From positions 51,398,001 through 51,462,000 of the forward strand of contig OX597823.1 of the NCBI GenBank assembly GCA_951406725.2: DNA of 64,000 nucleotides, read 5' to 3'. The translations under genes were made by a program, and so were the position numbers. Shown in pieces: positions 25,523 through 39,645 of the stretch; position 1 is the first letter of the stretch, and each line of letters opens with the position of its first letter. The notes beneath the pieces are model-generated. The model made no database searches. It was not told the origin of the DNA and was given only the letters and a program-made list of their open reading frames with translations. This stretch comes from Octopus vulgaris (lineage: Eukaryota).

Positions 25523-25874
25523 GCCATGTTATTGAGAGATTATAATTAGTTTTTTTTTTCTTTCATACCCTTCTTTCCTGCTTTTTTTGTCAACATGAAT
25601 TGACCCCCTTTCCTATAGAAAGATTTGTTATCCAGAAGTCTTACAGGAACACTAACGAGTGTTTGTTAAACTGTTAGAAGAATGATAGTAAACACATTTC
25701 GACATGCAATTCATACAAAGTGTCTACTAATGATATTTCGTAACTACTTGTATCGTATTCATATTTCAAAGAATAATAAACTATATATCAGAGAGGGAAC
25801 GAAATCAATTAAAACAGGATATCAGGTTATATTCTATCGGCCAGTCATTGTGGATTTTATTCAGTAGGATGTCT

Positions 25875-26270
25875 TTAGACTGTGGCCGTGCTAGGGCCCT
25901 ACCTTGAAGAATTTTAGTCGAAGTAATTGCCCCCAGAATTTATTTCCTTAAACCTGATACTTATTCTATCGCGCACTTTTGCCTAACCGCTAAGTTATGG
26001 GGACATACACACTCCAACACTGGTTGTCAAACGGTGGTGTGTGCGTGTCCGTACGTGGGAATGTGCGTGTATGTGCGTGTGCATATGTGAGTGTGTGCAT
26101 ATATACGACCAGCTTTTTTCAGTTTCCGTCAACCAAATCCAGTCACATGGCTGTGGTCGCCACGAAGCTATAGTTGATGACACTTGCCGAAGGTGCTAGG
26201 CGATAGGAGCGAAACCAGGATCACGTGGTTGGAAATCAAACTTCCTTCCCAAACAGCCACACCAACGCCT
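25875..26270 (-). mobile_element. SINE family B (degenerate)
   Basis: gactgtggccgtgct, tacttattctatcg, accgctaagttatggggac and cagtttccgtc motifs. Confidence 0.75.
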
Positions 26271-26829
26271 AACTCGAGCGAAAAGAAAGAGAGAGATGGA
26301 CATGGAAAATTGAAGTATATTTACTATATATTTGTGGGACAAAACATCACTGTTGTGCTTCGCAACCTCTAGATTTATCTACTGGACACCGGCTGCTAAG
26401 CATTGTGATCATGTCACTTCGAGTCTGAAATGGCTTATAATGTTTAGATGACATCTGATGAGGAATCGGTTTCTCGTTTTATATCATATGTTAATTATAC
26501 TGTACAATGTCTATCTTATCGTCTTTTGTTGCCTTTACTTGTAATCGTTTTGCTTCGTCTCTTCGTGTAAACACTTATTCAACAACAATGTCTTGTTTAT
26601 ATTTCTGTCCATTCAGAGTATGTGTCGTTTGCTTTACTAGTTTGTGTCTTGATTCATCTTTTGTTTGCACATGCATTTATCTTTTGTTTATTTTATTTAC
26701 TTCACGTTCGGTGCTCTCTTGCCTTTCCTTCTTCAGAAACTTTTCCACCATATTTATTTCTTAGCGTCTGTAGTTCCATTTTACAATATTATATATATGT
26801 ATGTATGCATGTATATCTGTATGTATGTA

Positions 26830-26908
<79 letters not shown>

Positions 26909-26930
26909 CATACCCATACATATATACACT

Positions 26931-26970
<40 letters not shown>

Positions 26971-27164
26971 CATATAAATATACACATGCATACGTATATA
27001 CATATACACACACATATATACATATATGCATGTGTGCATGTATGTATGTTTGCGTGTGCGCGTGTATATGTAAATGTATGTATATTTATATGTATAAATA
27101 TATGTACATATATATGTATATATACATATATAAATATATCTATATATATATACCTATATACACA

Positions 27165-27211
<47 letters not shown>

Positions 27212-27950
27212 GTATGTATGTATATGTATACTTATATATGATACATATACCCATATACACATGTATATACGATTCTGTGTGAGTATATGCGTGTGTGTAC
27301 TTGTGTGCATCAATGTAAGACGGAAAAAATGTGACATTGAATATAGGAAACGAATCTGGTGTCTGAAGTAAGACGTATGACCATGATAACTGTCAAACAA
27401 AGAATACGCTCACGGGTTGAATCGCACAACATTAAAAAAATTACCCTAACAAACGACGACATATGTACATACATATAAACAAACAACCACAAAAACACTC
27501 AGACATTCATATACATACACATGTACTGACTCGCTCATACTGTCTGTATGCGCGTGTATGCTCGTGTACGTATGTGAGTGAGTATCTCGTATAACGTAAG
27601 ATAATATGCAGGATTGTAGGATATTGGAACGGGTTGATAGATGGTGGCTTACTTGCACGACTTGTTGGTTTGATTTTGACGGAGACGATTAATTGATGCG
27701 TACATATACACACTATACACACACGAGAAAAGCTTTCTCTTACATGCATACAGATATTCATAAATATAATATAGGTGTGTGTGTGTGTACGTGTATGCGT
27801 GTTTGTGTGTGTGCAAATACACACACACACATACACACACACATACACACACAAACACACACACACATATACAATGAAATAAATAAATTGACAGACACAT
27901 GGCTGGACGAATAAACAAATAGAGAGATAGACAGATCAACAAACATATGG

Positions 27951-27971
27951 ATATCTATCTATCTCTATCCC

Positions 27972-28057
<86 letters not shown>

Positions 28058-28079
28058 AATAGTTATAGACAGATGGATG

Positions 28080-28139
<60 letters not shown>

Positions 28140-28161
28140 AATAGTTATAGACAGATGGATG

Positions 28162-28218
<57 letters not shown>
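27951..28218. repeat. Head-to-head (CTAT)n/(GATA)n microsatellite with a duplicated insert
   Basis: Strand switch at ctag (28021-28024); aaatagttatagacagatggatgt occurs twice within the GATA tract. Confidence 0.9.
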
Positions 28219-28704
28219 GAGGAAAGGGGGACTAACACATAATCATACGCTTTCCATAATTTTCGAAAGGGCATTAATAGCTCCAGTGAGATTATATCGA
28301 TGTAAGCTGCAAAAAATATTGGATGTTAAGTAGTGGAAAAACAAACTGTGATATATATTTGTTTTATGCAATATTTCTGCCTTGAACTAAGGTCACTGAA
28401 CATGTCCGATTTGGTGTTAGGCGAAAGATTTCCTACTTTATTCTTTGTTTTGTTTACCACTTTTCACATATGTGAAGTGGTTGGATTTGGTCTCTTTATT
28501 CCTTTAGATATAACTAGTTGTTTGCATGTGTGATCTTGTATCGGTACGTGTGAATTCTGCTGCCAGCGGCGAAAGAGAATGTGATATTTTTGCCCATTGT
28601 AACTTAGTCAACGCCGAAAACAACATCTAGCTAGAATATTACATATATATGTAATACATATGTATGTATATATGTATATGTATGTATATATATGTATATA
28701 TATA

Positions 28705-28759
<55 letters not shown>

Positions 28760-29424
28760 AATATATATGTATACATATGTATATGTATATGTTTGTATAT
28801 ATGTATATATATATATATATATGTAATATATATGTATACATATGTATATGTATATGTTTGTATATATGTATATATATACAAATATATATATATAATCACA
28901 TATATATATCTTCACGAATATATACATATGTGTGTATATATATATTTTCACATACATGCATATATATACATATATCTATACTCGCACTGACACACACACA
29001 CACACACACACACGCACATATGCAGTCATAAATATAATAGTATATATAGGTATATATGACAGGCGATCGAATGGCTTAGCGATCAATAGAAAATGTATCT
29101 TGTATTATTTTTCCTTTTTTTTTTTGTATTTTGTTTATTATTCGAGTGGAAATTATTCGTGCTGTACAGTCGGGGTTAAATGAGGCAGATCCAGAGTTGA
29201 CAGTTTCAAAAAAGAGAATAATAGATATGTGTAGCATACATACATAAAATGCAATAAGATTGTTTCAGACCAATTAACTTCAGTAGTGCAGGAATAATTG
29301 TTCATCGGTATGTTTGTATAAATGCCTGTATGAATGTGTGTGAGTAGATATCTTCATACATACGTACATATATACATACATAGCTACATACATACATAAA
29401 TACATACATGCTTATACACACACA

Positions 29425-29508
<84 letters not shown>

Positions 29509-29631
29509 CATGCATATACACGCAAACACACACATATGACGCACACACATATACTTATTTATTTATATATACACTTATGAGTCAACGCAAACACATATAT
29601 ATACGCAACGCAGATTCATACACACACGTAC

Positions 29632-29685
<54 letters not shown>

Positions 29686-29700
29686 GTTATTTAACTGGCG

Positions 29701-29763
29701 GACTTTGGTTGATGAGAAATCACGCGCCTAGGTGGCGCTAAATTTCGAAACCGGTACCGAGTT
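29701..29763 (+). ncRNA. Minimal type I hammerhead ribozyme motif (U3 variant)
   Basis: gactttgg-TTGATGA-GAAAT..gcgcc/ggcgc..ATTTC-GAAA-CCGG-TA-ccgagtt: core boxes, 5-bp stem II with extension, palindromic stem III (ACCGGT), GUA cleavage triplet and a pairable stem I. Confidence 0.6.
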
Positions 29764-30028
29764 GACCAGCATTTACTTGTTCTGACCCTTTTGAGGTAAG
29801 ACATTATTATTGTTCACTGATATTTTTTCCTATCTTCTCTGTAATAGATTTGCGACTATTCGGTGGTACAGAAGTATTTTTTGACTTCTATCATTAGCGA
29901 TATAGGTACTCATGTAGTACCCTTGTGTATATATGTACATATCTAATATTGTATGTATATATTTTATTAATTTGCCTGTACGGCTAATAATTCGCATACC
30001 ACTTGTGATGGTATTTTAATAATACCAT

Positions 30029-30062
<34 letters not shown>

Positions 30063-30494
30063 ACGGAGATGTACTTGCATAGCAAGTGACCTGATTTGAG
30101 ATCGTGTGCTGGAACGAAAACAATTGCAGCAGGGAAGGTGTTTATAAGCCATTTAAAAAACATAAAACCGTTAGATTCACTTCAACATTTAAATTTAACT
30201 TGGCAAAATATTTTCGTGGCTTTGAGACCGCGACCTGATCACTGACAAAATTCTGTGCAGCAGAATTTCCTACATGAAAGTTTCTATGTTCGCCGCCTGC
30301 AAACATCTTTGCCAGTGTATATATAAAATGAAGCTTTACTATAGCGTCGTATATTATCGACTGCTATTTCTAGTAAATATTAGTGCATTGTTGTACCACT
30401 ATTCTATTTATATATATATGTTTATGTGAGCGTGTGCGTAGCATTTATGAGTACGTGTATCTAAAAGTTCATATGAAAGATATATTGATTTCAG

Positions 30495-30663
30495 ACTCTG
30501 GCGCAAAGGGAGGAATTTGACTGGGAAGGGTAGATCGATTACATCCGATTCCTAGTGGTCAATTGGTATTTTATCGATATCGAAATGATGAAAGGCAAAG
30601 TCGGACGAAATGCCGCTAAACATTTTGCTCAACGTGTTAAGGATTCTGGTAGCTCACCGCCTT
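30495..30663 (-). mobile_element. SINE family A (degenerate, internally deleted)
   Basis: gatgaaaggcaaagtcg..gaaatgccgctaaacattttg..gctcaccgcctt. Confidence 0.7.
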
Positions 30664-32335
30664 ACGGTAATATGAAAAATATAGTAGCACCATTCACATA
30701 GATTCGTGCATTCAAAGTTTATCCACAATTTATATATGTTTTTAAATATATAACGATATTGATTAATCACCGTATAGAACAAAAATAGTATAAACAATAT
30801 TACTGGAACTTTATTGGTAATATATAGCTGCAATATAGTCAGACACAAGCAAATATGTGAAACATAGATGACAGAACGATTTATATAAAGATAGAAGCAA
30901 TCACTTAATTTTTCGATTATGAGAAGTATCCATCAGCGGGTCTCCATCACAAATATCGTTTAGAAGTGGAGTGGGAATAATCGATCATACTAGACTGGAA
31001 ATTGTTTCATAGACGGGAATTGAACGGTGATCATATGACATATGAAATCCAAATGAAAAAAATCAACTCGGAATATCAAATCAGAGCTTAATGGCAAACC
31101 TGCGAATATTTCACAAGAATTTCTCGAGTTTTTATTTTTAATGTACAACTATTCTTTTATTCTTTTACTCTTTTACTGGCATTCGTTATTGGACTGTAGC
31201 CAATATTTTAGTTGCTCGTATCGACCGCTGCATCTATTTGAACCCGGTACTTACTTTTAACAAATTCAGGAACGTTAATAAACATTCACGCAAAGGACAA
31301 ATGCTTATAGTTGACCGAAAATAAATATAAACAGATACATATGTGTGTGTGTGTGTACATATATATGTATACACACAGACAGGCATACATACACAAGTGT
31401 AAATAGAAATGCATTCATACACGCACATATATGATATATTGTGCATTATATATATGTACATACTTACATACATAGATACATATATACATATATACACACA
31501 TACAAAAATGTACGCAAATATACATATATATATTATATTATTCTCTTTTTTGGCGGGGGGAACTGTCAAATCTGTTTCTGCCTCATTTAACATTGACTAT
31601 ATAGCACGAATAATTTCTACGACTAAAAACAAATAATAACGAAAAAAAAAAGCGCCGAAACAAGATAAATACAAAATGCAATTTGTATTGATTACTAATG
31701 CATTCGATCGGCTGTCACAGGGAGCTAGATATACTGTATATTTATGACTACGTGGTGGATTATGTGTTATTCTCATTTTATACAATTCCTCTAGATTTTT
31801 CACTGGTTTTGGCATCAGCTAAGTTACATGGCACAATGTATCATATCCTACTTGGCTGCAGAAATCAAACGTGCCAATTCGAGCTATATATTGAGAATTC
31901 AGAATTGGCTATGTATTCGAAACTGTATTCGCAAGCCTATGAAACTTTTTTGTAGAAAACTAGCAGCTATCTCATGCGTGTAAAACTAACTGTTGCCCAT
32001 GCATACTCGTAAGCCTCCTGACTGCTCAACGTCGATGTCATCTTAGAGAATGACTGCCATATTAAGACCGATACCACTTGACGCCTGTCTCGCTGCAAAT
32101 GTTGTTGTCAGAACGCAACGAGCCAGAATGTATCCCGCTAGGCATCCTGTGTAAGCTAACAGTTCCGCCAATTTAGTGCTGTGTATAGATATTTCAAAAG
32201 AATGGGAGGCAAAGATGAGCCCTTCGGGATTTGAATTCGGAGCGCGCGGATTGCGGAAGCATTCTATCCACAAAAGCATTCTATCCATATCTCTAACGAC
32301 TCAGTAAAAGTCACACACACACACACACACATATT

Positions 32336-32399
<64 letters not shown>

Positions 32400-32774
32400 T
32401 ATATACGTATATCTATGCAAACATAGATTTATATACATATCTATGTATATATACACACATATATATCGATACATATATATATATACGGTATGTATATAAA
32501 TATATATATACGTATATTTATGTGTATATATATATATGAGAGGTATTGGTATCTAGAAGACCCAAAGAGTGGCAGGTAACGCTAAAATAAGTACTATGGA
32601 CAGACCGTAGTTAAACTCTTTTTTCGATAGTGTTACGAGTGAGGAATCTAATGTGGGTCTTGTATTAGCGTGTATATATATATATATATTTATAATAAAT
32701 TAATAAATATATAAAACATATGCATATATACATACATATATGTAGTACCTACCTCTACATGTATATATACATGC

Positions 32775-33280
32775 ATATATGGGTACAGGACACCAAAAAA
32801 AAAAGCGTAGAACACAATGAGAAACGAAAACATAAACACAAAACCAAGGAAATGGACATTTTTCTTAAACAACGAAAAGATAGAGTGCAGGACATACAAA
32901 ACAAGGAAAATTCCCCTTCTTCAGTCGCCTTTGTTTAGACAAAATGAGATAACAAAGCCAAGGCTGTAAGGAGTTTTCAGGGTATTTATAAGGAAAAAGA
33001 TATAGATATAGTCTTACAACTGTTTCTGGGATATTGTGGATACCCATTCATCAGAGTCGATGTGAGATGGTTAAATAGAGGTAGATATTTAAGTTCGAAA
33101 TAAGGAATTATTATGGAAAAGGAGGAAAATATGGAATATAGAGGGAAATAAGAGGATGACAGTAGAAATGAAAATCTAAAATATATAGAGATATTGTAGT
33201 CGCAGTTCCATTATTCGATGAAAGTGATGTATAGAAGTGGTAAAAGAGTTTCCTGTACATGGTATGCAAGTTCCAATAGT
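32775..33280 (-). mobile_element. Putative Penelope-like terminal-repeat remnant with hammerhead motif
   Basis: Starts gggtacaggac like 58165 and 58858. Contains CTGATGA-atgggtat..atatccca-GAAAcagttgta on the minus strand (33011-33058). No protein motif confirmed. Confidence 0.45.
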
Positions 33281-33284
33281 AGTT

Positions 33285-34149
33285 CAGTGGTATTCAAAGT
33301 GGCGGTCAGCGGACCGGTGCCGGTCCGCAAGCCATCAGCTGCTGATACGCGGCGAGTTTCCAGAAAAGAAAGAATGTATTATTTATTCCTTTACTTGTTT
33401 CAGTCATTTGACTGCGGCCATGCTGGAGTACCGCCTTTTAGTCGAACTAATAAATTCCAGGACTTATTCTTTGTAAGCCTAGTACTTATTCTATCGATCT
33501 CTTTTGCTGAACCGCTAAGTTACGTGGACGTAAACACACCAGTATCGGTTGTAAAGGGATGGTGGGGGGGACAAACACAGACACACACACACATATACAT
33601 ACATACATACATACATACATACATACATACACATACACACACACACGCATATATATATATATACAAATTGAGATAGGGGTTGTAAATGCAACCCTCCATG
33701 GGATAACATATATCCAATATACTGCTAGTGAAGTACCCAACAAAGTTAATACATAAATGTTAAGGACTGCGATGCAATCAATTCATTTACTGTATTATAT
33801 GGGCAAAGGTAAAATGATTTACCACAAATTACAAATACAAGATAAGAAAATGGAGAAATACATCTGAGACATACTTATCTACATGGCCGAAACAGCTGTA
33901 AGATGTAATCTATACTTATATTTATATTTGCTTATATTTATATTCTCTTTTTTATATATATTCTACTTATTATACAACATTACTCTTTTATGTACACTTT
34001 TTATGTACATTCCTTTATGTACACTGATTTGTTCTGCTTTTTTATGTTTAACCCTACAGTCTCTTATGTGGTGGTTTAATAAAGTATGTGATTGAGTATT
34101 ATCTGGTAATTGATATTTGATTTAGATGTATTTCTCCATTTTCTTATCT

Positions 34150-34186
<37 letters not shown>

Positions 34187-34513
34187 GACGGGCTTCTTTC
34201 AGTTTCCGTCTACCAAATCCTCTCACAAGGCTTTGGTTGGCCCGGGGCTATAGTAGAAGACACTCGCCCAAGGTGCCGCGCAGTGGGACTGAATCCAGAA
34301 CCATGTAGTCGGTAAGCAAGCTACTTACCACAAAACCACTCCTGCGCCATTTGTTTACAAAATAAATATAAGATAAAAAAAATTGTCAATATTTTTTATA
34401 TTTATTATATATTGTTTCCGGTATAAAATGATATTACTAAAAAATGTTACCGGTCCCTGGCACATTAGAAAAAAACTGCCAGTAGGCCACATCAGAAAGT
34501 TTGAAAAGCGCTG
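33285..34513. mobile_element. hAT-Charlie-like MITE hosting nested insertions
   Basis: Left end cagtggtattcaaagtggcggtcagcggaccggtgccggtccgc; right end ccggtccctggc..aagtttgaaaagcgctg. TSD not recognisable. Confidence 0.55.
33385..34348 (-). mobile_element. SINE family B split at its internal microsatellite (33385-33665 and 34152-34348)
   Basis: The 3' and 5' halves are collinear and separated by about 490 bp of unrelated sequence. Confidence 0.8.
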
Positions 34514-35095
34514 CTTTAAATGACTCCTGTTATTCATGTAATAAAAGTACTTTCACTTCGCTTTATGCTTTCACTTCTATTTCTCTCGTTTGTAATCTCA
34601 GATCGTTCTTACAACTTCATTCTACCAAATTTTGGTCACTCTGCTGCAGCTAGTATAACAGAGTCTATGGGCGTATAAGAATAGACTGGATGGCGGAGAA
34701 AGTACTAAATGTCCAGACTGTCACATTACATCGTTTACGATTGGTCAGTGTGCATCGTTGTTCTTCAGTATCGTCCTCAGCGGGAAAAGAAGATAGATTG
34801 TGTATTGCGCTTCGCTGTTCAGCTGACTAACTGCTTGTCATAGGACTGATCGATCAGATCCTGGAGTTACACAATAAAGACAACCACATGCGGCCCCAAC
34901 AACAACAAAAAAAAACAAAAACAACAGCAACCACAAGAACAACAACGTCAGCACTATCAGCAACAGGGAAAAAGCTGATAAGCGAATGTCAGCTAGAGGT
35001 AGCATCTATGCGAACCAATGTTTTACTTATCGCAAAACAGTCGTTGCATCGCCTTCATATTAATCTTTCAATTGTAATGAAGAAGCAACTTTAAA

Positions 35096-35308
35096 GGCGG
35101 CGAGCTGGCAGAAACGTTAGCATGCCGGGCGAAATGCTTAGCAGTATTTCGTCTGTCTACGTTCTGAGTTCAAATTCCGCCGAGGTCGACGTTGAATTTC
35201 ATCCTTTCGAGGTCGATAAATTAAGTACAAGTTGCGTACTGGGGTCGGCCTAATTGACCTGCCCCTTCCCCAAAAATTTCGGGCCTTGTGCCGAGAGTAG
35301 AAAAGAAT
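35096..35308 (+). mobile_element. SINE family A
   Basis: ggcggcgagctggcagaaacgttagcatgccgggcgaaatgcttagc..ttcatcctttcgaggtcgataaattaagtac. Confidence 0.9.
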
Positions 35309-36657
35309 GAAGAAGCCACTTTGGCTAATAAGGTCTTCATGTGAAAAGGAATATAAAAATATTAATAATAATAACAACAATAATTCTCCCTACAATAGGC
35401 ATAAGGCCTAGAATTTTGAGGGAGCGGGGCTAGTCGTTTACATCGATCCCAGTGTATTTATTTTACCGACCCCCAAAGGGTGTATGTGTGTGTGTGTGTA
35501 TTCTTTTACTCATTTAAGCCATGCGGTTGCGGTCATGCTCGAGCACACACACATAATTCCTAATCAAGAATATTATTGACACAAAATTCGAAGTTTCGAC
35601 AGTCCGACAAGGGCTTAACTGGACGAAGCTTCGAAGTCACTGTCAACAATATTCTAGTTTAAGAATAATAAATTTGTACTCTACAAACGTCTAGAGAAGG
35701 CCATCAGGTTAATGTAAAATTGTTTTCATTATAACTGGGCATAAAACAAACATAAATATATATAGACGTATACTTATATAGAGAGGGAAATAAAGAGAAA
35801 GAGGTAGAGATAGAGACAGGGACAGAGACAGACAGACGGATGTGTGCGTGTGTGAGAGAGAGATATTTCTGGTTATATAAATATACACGGTGGCACGATT
35901 GTGTCTGGCAGAATAGTTGTGCGCGTGTGAATGATTGTGAGTGAGTATTTGCTTTCCTTCTATCTCAAAACATATGTCAATGTCCGAAATGTGTCTCAAT
36001 AATTAACAAATTAGAATATAAAGCTCAACTAAGCAATGTTGATCTTTTATTTAGATTAATGCAGATAGAGTGTTAGGTCTTCATTACCGAGTTTTCAAGG
36101 TGTCTGAAATAAATGGAAAGAACTATTTTGGTATTCCTTATAATTACCACTACGACGTTATGAGTTAGATGTTCTACTCCAAGCAGGTTTTATACTATTA
36201 TAAGACTTGTCAACGATAATCACATTCCTGCTGCAGGAATTTTATAGAAAACTATTTCCCCGGTATAGGCTTTAGGTTACAAGAATAAATAGTAAACCTA
36301 TTTTCCAGTATGTCTTAATAAAGATTAATCTGACCAAACATTTAAAACAAAGGTAGCACTGTGAATATATTAATAGAGGAATGGTAAAGTTTACAGCTAA
36401 ATCACATGATGTCGCAGTAATTTTCTTGCAGAATTTGCGTTTTGCACATCATCCTTGAATATGTTCAGAAACTAGATAAAGCAATATAGTCACTAAGTAC
36501 CATAGATTTTGCTTATTCAAGTATAAAGTTGACCATTAGAGTAAAAAAATATAAATATATAATTTCATTATAGGTGTGTGTGTGTCGAAGCAAACTTACT
36601 GTTCAAATACGAGAATTATGCATGTACGTATGTAAGTGTATGTTTGTGTATATAGAT

Positions 36658-36730
<73 letters not shown>

Positions 36731-36901
36731 ATATATAACTTCATAAATTGAAACTGATTTGAAAATCGGAAATCCACCTGAAGATTGTCATAGAGGACAT
36801 GAAACAATTGTAGTGGCGGTTTTTTTTACTTTTTATTAAAATTTTATGTATTGATTAAGTCTTTCCTTGTTTGTTTTACAAAATAGTGGTTTTGTCTCTA
36901 A

Positions 36902-36949
<48 letters not shown>

Positions 36950-36969
36950 ATGTATATATATATACATAT

Positions 36970-37383
36970 ATAGGGAGTGACTGTGTGGTAAGAAGTTTGC
37001 TGCTTCACCACGTTTCTGGGTTCAGTCCCAATCCGTGGCACTTAAAGCTAGTGTCTTCTACTATAGCCTCGGGCCAACCAAAGCCTTGTGAGTGGATTTG
37101 ATTGAACTGAATGAAACCCGTCGTGTAACTACGTGTATGAGAATGTGTTTGTACGTGCGTGTCTGTATCTTTGTGGTTGTCCTTCACTAACACCACTTGA
37201 CAACAGGTGCTGGTATGTTTACGTCCCCGTAACCTAGAGGATTGGCAAAAGAACCAATAGAATAAGTACTTGGCTTAAAAAAACGGTTCTGCTGTCGATT
37301 CTTTCGACTAAATTTCCTCGAGGCGGCGCCTCAGCGTGACTGTAGTCTAATGAGTGAAACTAGTAAAAGATCAAATATAAAAG
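36970..37383 (+). mobile_element. SINE family B
   Basis: gggagtgactgtgtggtaag head through the gaaactagtaaaaga tail. Confidence 0.85.
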
Positions 37384-37402
37384 ATATGTACGTACACACG
37401 CA

Positions 37403-37440
<38 letters not shown>

Positions 37441-37643
37441 CACACACCCACATTCTCACACACACTCTCTCTCTCTCTAACACACACACACTTTCTCTCT
37501 CACACACGCACACACTCACACACACCCTCTCTCTCACACTCACACTCGCTTTCTCACACTCTCTCTCACACTTTCTCCCACACACACACACAAGCTCTCT
37601 CTCTCAAACACAAACACACACTCTTTCTCTCTCACATACACCC

Positions 37644-37683
<40 letters not shown>

Positions 37684-37859
37684 TACAGATATACTGGTTA
37701 TCGAGGAGTGCTTGAAGGCATTTCCTTATCAGTATATTACTCTCTTCATTCAAATTAATTCATTTCGCTTTTCAAAGATTATATTTGCTTTAATTACAAA
37801 ATAAGTCTTCGAATACTCTCCGCAACTTGTATGAATATACTTGCTTATTTCTTTATATT

Positions 37860-38280
37860 ACTCTTTCTCTTTTACTCTTTTACTTGTTTCAGTCATTTGA
37901 CTGCGGCCATTCTGGAGCACCGCCTTTAGTGGAGCAAATCGACCCCGGCACTTATTCTTTGTAAGCCCAGTACTTATTCCATCGGTCTCCTTTGCCGAAC
38001 CGCTAGGTGACGGGGACATAAACACACCAGCATCGGTTGTCAAGCAATGCTAGTTGGACAAACACAGACACACAAACACACACACACTTACATATATATA
38101 TATATACATATATACGACAGGCTTCTTTCAGTTTCCGTCTACCAAATCCACTCACAAGGCATTGGTCGCCCCGGGGCTATAGCGGAAGACACTTGCCCAA
38201 GATGCCACGCAGTGGGACTGAACCTGGAACCATGTGATTGGTTAGCAAGCTACTTACCACACAGCCACTCCTGCGCCTAT
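37860..38280 (-). mobile_element. SINE family B, well preserved and full length
   Basis: Tail ttttactcttttacttgtttcagtcatttgactgcggcc through head ccacacagccactcctgcgcctat. Confidence 0.92.
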
Positions 38281-38437
38281 ATATATGTTTGCATATATAT
38301 ATCATATAAGTGTGCATGTGTGCATACACATATGTGTGCATTGTGCGTGTATGTATTTGAAAGAACAAGATTTTCGCTTACAGTGGAAAGTGTTCAACTG
38401 ATATCAGGAAGGTAAATCAGTTGTTAACTTTTATCTG

Positions 38438-38559
38438 TTATCTTTTATTTATTTCAGTCATTAGACTGTGACCATACTGGGGCAGCACCTTGAAGAATTT
38501 AAGTTGGAGGGACATAAACAAATGAACGCCGGTTGTCAATCGGTGTGAGGGGGGGGGGG

Positions 38560-38617
<58 letters not shown>

Positions 38618-38765
38618 CAACGGGCTTCTTTCAGATTCCGTCTACCATATCCATCCACTCACAAGGCTCTGGTCAGCTATAGTAGAAAAGAATTGCCGAA
38701 GGTATCAAGCAGTGAGACTGAACCCGGAATCATGTGGTCGGGAAGCAATCTTCTTACCACGTAGC
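38438..38765 (-). mobile_element. SINE family B (internally deleted)
   Basis: tttcagtcattagactgtgaccat..cgggcttctttcag..gaacccggaatcatgtgg. Confidence 0.8.
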
Positions 38766-39588
38766 CGGGGAACAGTTTGGTGAGTTAATCTTGTTTGCAT
38801 GATCTCAACAAGTTATGAACTGCATCACGTCAGACCGAAACAGGCATAATTGAATGCTTTTCTTAAATTGTGTGTGTGCGTGTGAATGTGTGTGTGTGTG
38901 TGTGTGTGCACACGTGTGTACTTATGTGTATGTGCGTATTTATGTGTCATCTATGTGTTATTGCTATTAGAAGCAGTACGAATGATATAGATTTTACCTT
39001 TTTTTATTTTTTTCCTGTTCGGTACAATAAGTCGCAATAAGTCTGTAAAATATACTAGATATCATTTAGTTTATATCTGTCAATGGATAAGAACTCCTGA
39101 GGTTATTGACCAACACACATACATATAGTTTGCCAAATAAACACGAGTGTGCATTCAGTTATCTTTCAAATTTAATATAAACGTCCATCTGTTTTAGATG
39201 CATTACCTGAACTTCTAACCTCGACATCATCTCACCTGTTTGGCTTGATTATACATCGCATATACATGCATGCATACATACACACAGACACACATACATA
39301 CAGACTAATATCTATATATGCGTGTGTATGTATGTATATACACTAACAAACACACACACGTATATATATAGATGCATATATATGTACATATATATATACA
39401 TATATATATATATATACATATATATATGTATATATATACATATATGTATATATATATGTATATATATACGTATATATGTATATATATATATGTATATATA
39501 TACATATATGTATATATATACATATATGTATATATATATATATATTGATTGATTGATTGATTCTAGTTTCAGCTCATGAGCTGTGGTC

Positions 39589-39645
<57 letters not shown>

